From NCBI RefSeq assembly GCF_030684315.1, contig NC_081369.1:9214035-9278034 (forward strand): DNA of 64,000 bases. Direction: 5' to 3'. The notes below the pieces were generated by a model, which made no database searches, had not been told where the DNA came from, and worked only from the letters and a program-made list of their open reading frames with translations. Positions 60,601-64,000 of this stretch are shown piece by piece (positions within the stretch are counted from its first letter, which is position 1; each line of letters opens with the position of its first letter). This DNA comes from Stegostoma tigrinum. Taxonomy: Eukaryota. The position numbers and the translations under genes were made by a program.

Positions 60601-62096
60601 ATATGTATGATTACAGAAAAGAGATGAATAAGATGAGAATGCCCCACAACTCTGTTATAGCATTAGTGCAGGTTAGATTAGAATTGAATTGGTAAACCGC
60701 TCAGATTTGGGTGTGGAGGTTTAACATAAAGCCTAATTGAAAGGAGAATGCTTGGAATTTAATTCCTTAAAATTGATTTTTGATGGAATGTTCTTGCAAA
60801 AAAATTGCAGAAAAATGCATTTGTGTATTCAAAAGCTAAATTCCTGTCTATCTAAGGCACTCTTCTCCTCTTTAAAATATTTACAGTGCAAAATCACGTA
60901 CAGTTGCTTTATGGAAACGTTTAGTCAGTAGTATGAAAAAAAGGAGATAGTGATGCACAATTTGTATTTTATTAATATAATGAAGCTTACAGAACTAATG
61001 TTAATGCAGGATGTTGCGTACGTCAGATGTAAAGAATGTCTACTTATAAATATTTTAGAAATTAACTCGTTTAAAAACGTCTAAAACAATTCCATGCCAT
61101 AATCTTAATCTGATCAGATTTCTCTTCATGACCTTCAAGATAATGTTGTATTTGTGGTATTTCTTGGTCTCGAGAAATGTTAAAAAGATAAATTTTCACA
61201 TCGTGGAAAATGTACTGCCTAGGTACGAATAATCAACAGTTCCTGCTTCATACAAACAGTATTTAATACCAAAAAGGGATCAACCATTTCAATTGAAGAA
61301 TCACTCTTCCTTAATCGTAACTGAGAAGCATATAAAATGAGAAGAGTAGTAGGCTATTTGACCCATGAATAGAGACAATTTATTTAATTCATCAGCTTGT
61401 ATTTATAAACTACACATTCTTTTTGGGTAAGATTTCCAAATGCTTGGAAATGATGCAACCACATTATGGAGAATTGTTAATGATTGAGAGCAACATTTAT
61501 GTAATTGGGAAGATAATTGACAAAGGAGAGGTAATACTGAAAATATTGTATATTCAGTGAAAGTACTTAAAGGAGCAATACTTTGGATTAAATATAAGTT
61601 TCGCAGAATGTTCAGAACAATGACTCGGAACTTCACATGAGAATAACATCTTCAACTGTCCAGAGAACAAGAGTGAATTATTGATAAACCAAGTGGATGA
61701 AGAGCCAAATCAACATTTCCAGATAAGGACAGAGATTTCTGAAGCTTTGTGATGATCTGTTAAGAGCACTGCACAATGGGGATCATCATTTCACAAAAGA
61801 CAAAGGCACTTGCACTGAACTGGGTGAATCCAAGTGTTATAGAAATGTTGGAAGATGTAAGAGTCTATAGATTGGGAGAGAAGGGAAAAAGAAATGTGAT
61901 ACAGTTAAGACACATTCAGCATTGATTCAGAACAATGGGCCCTTTGTTTAAATTAACAAAACTAATTTTTAAATTGAAAATTAGCCAAACACTCACTTAT
62001 AAATATTTAGAGAACTTGCCATGGTTAAATGTGGATGAATGAAATTCTACATCAACAGGAATCATGAAAGAGTGAGATAACTTTTCTTGCTCTTGA

Positions 62097-64000
62097 CTAT
62101 TTTAAAGATTTAGGGAGCATAGGATGGGGAAGGAAACTGCAGGGGATGGGCACATTAGAAATGTGGAGCTTATTCAAGGAAAAGCTCCTGTGTGTCCTAG
62201 ATAAGTATGTACCTGTCAGGCAGGGAAGAAGCTGTAGAGTGCGGGAGCCGTGGTTTACGAAGGAGGTGGAATCTCTCTTCAAGAGGAAGAAGAAGACTTA
62301 TGTTAGGATGAGATGTGAAGGCTCAGTTAGGGCACTTGAGGGCTACGAGGTAGCCAGGAAAGACACAAAGAGAGAGCTCAGAAGAGCCAGGAGGAGACAT
62401 GAAAAGTTGTTGGCGGATAGAATCAGGGTAAACCCTAAGGCTTTCTATAGGTATTTAAGGAGTAAAAGAATGACGAAAGTAAGATTAGGCCCAATCAAGG
62501 ATAGTAGTGGTAAGTTGTGTGTGGAGTCAGATGAGATAGGGGAAGCGCTAAATGAATATTTTTCAACAGTATTCACTCTAGAAAATGAAAATGTTGTCGA
62601 GGAGTATATTGAGATACAGGCTACTAGACTAGGTGGGATTGAGGTTCACAAGGAAGAGGTATTAGAAATCCTACAGAGAGTGAAGATAGATAAGTCCCCT
62701 GGGCCGGATGGGATTTATCCTCGGATCCTCTGGGAAGCCAGGGAGGAGATTGCTGAGCCTTTGGCATTGATCTTTAACTCGTCATTGCCTACAGGAATAG
62801 TGTCAGATGACTGGAGGATAGCAAATGTGGTTCCCCTGTTCAAGAAAGGGAGTAGAGACCACCCTGGTAATTATAGACCAGTGAGCCTTATCTCAGTTGT
62901 TGTAAAGTGTTGGAAAAGGTTATAAGGGATAGGATTTATAATCATCTAGAAAAGAATAAATTGATTAGGTATAGTCAGCACGGTTTTGCGAAGGGAAGGT
63001 CGTGCCTCACAAACCTTATTGAGTTCTTTGAGAAGGTGACCAAACAGGCAGATGAGAGTAAACCGGTTGATGTGGTGTATATGGATTTGGGCAAGGCGTT
63101 CGATAAGGTTCCCCACAATAGGCTATTGTACAAAATGCGGAGGAATGGATTTGTGGGTGATATAGCAGTTTGGATCGGAAATTGGGTTGCTGAAAGAAGA
63201 CAGTGGGTGGTCGTTGATGGGAAATGTTCATCCTGGAGAGCAGTTACTAGTGGTGTACCGCAAGGGTCAGTGTTGGGTCCACTGCTGTTTGTCATTTTTA
63301 TAAATGACCTGGATGAGGGCGTAGAAGGATGGGTTAGTAAATTTGCAGATGACGCTAAGGTCGGTGGAGTTGTGGATAGTGACGAAGGATGCTATAGGTT
63401 GCAGAGAGACATGGATAAGCTGCAGAGCTGGGCTGAGAGGTGGCAAATGGAGTTTAATGCAGACAAATGTGAGGTGATGCACTTTGGTAGGAGTAACCGG
63501 AAGGCAAATTACAGGGCTAATGGTAAGATTCTTAGTAGTGTAGATGAGCAGAGAGATCTCGGATGTCCATGTACACATATCCTTGAAAGTTGCCACCCAG
63601 GTTGACAGGGCTGTTAAGAAGGCATACAGTGTTTTAGCTTTTATTAATAGAGGGATCGAGTTCCGGAACCAAGAGGTTATGGTGAAGCTGTGCAAAACTC
63701 TGGTGCGGCCGCACTTGGAGTATTGTACACAGTTCTGGTCACTGCATTATAAGAAGGATGTGGAAGCTTTGGAAAGGGTGCAGAGGAGATTTACTAAGAT
63801 GTTGCCTGGTATGGAGGGAAGGTCTTACGAGGAAAGGCTGAGGGACTTGAGGCTGTTTTCATTAGAGAGAAGAAGGTTGAGAGGTGACTTAGTTGAAACA
63901 TATAAAATAATCAGAGGGTTAGATAGGGTGGATAGGGAGAGCCTTTTTCCTGGGATGGTTACGGCGAACACAAGGGGGCATAGCTTTAAATTGAGGGGTG
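62097..64000 (+). mobile_element. Young CR1/HER1-type LINE ORF2 (RT), 5'-truncated, frameshifted, continues beyond the window
   Basis: ORFs 62146..62925 (KSPGPDGIYP...NYRPVSL) and 62907..63605 (QHGF...AFDKVPH...GVPQGSVLGP...KFADD); frameshifts at ~62905 and ~63565. Confidence 0.95.

Noticed and set aside
62146-63605. Long ORFs as host genes or a novel RT system
   Set aside because: Ordinary CR1 ORF2 fragments with frameshifts; the antisense ORFs are shadows.

Overview
Eukaryotic, repeat-rich vertebrate DNA. The repeat repertoire (CR1/HER1-type LINEs, HE1-like V-SINEs, Penelope-like elements, Gypsy LTR remnants) points to a shark or other cartilaginous fish; this is an inference. The host content is a tandem cluster of non-rearranging, antigen-receptor-like IgSF genes. 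One apparently intact 7-exon gene (7013-13194, +; 384 aa by my exon model) encodes leader / germline-joined VJ domain / C1 domain / Arg-containing TM / ITIM-like tail, and has a GC-AG intron. Two decayed VJ paralogues lie in the same orientation (about 34546-35157 and 60285-60600). Weaker candidates are an ITAM-like exon, a C-domain relic and a minus-strand V/TM relic. A dense ISRE/NF-kB/CCAAT/ETS/CArG motif module sits at about 20560-20730. The rest is nested transposon debris, including several hairpin-shaped Penelope-tail insertions with 14-15 bp target-site duplications, one hairpin with inverted telomere-like repeats at its apex, and an LTR element with a tRNA-Asn primer-binding site. Exon models were built by eye from splice signals and phase consistency, with no expression data. 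Repeat boundaries are approximate.
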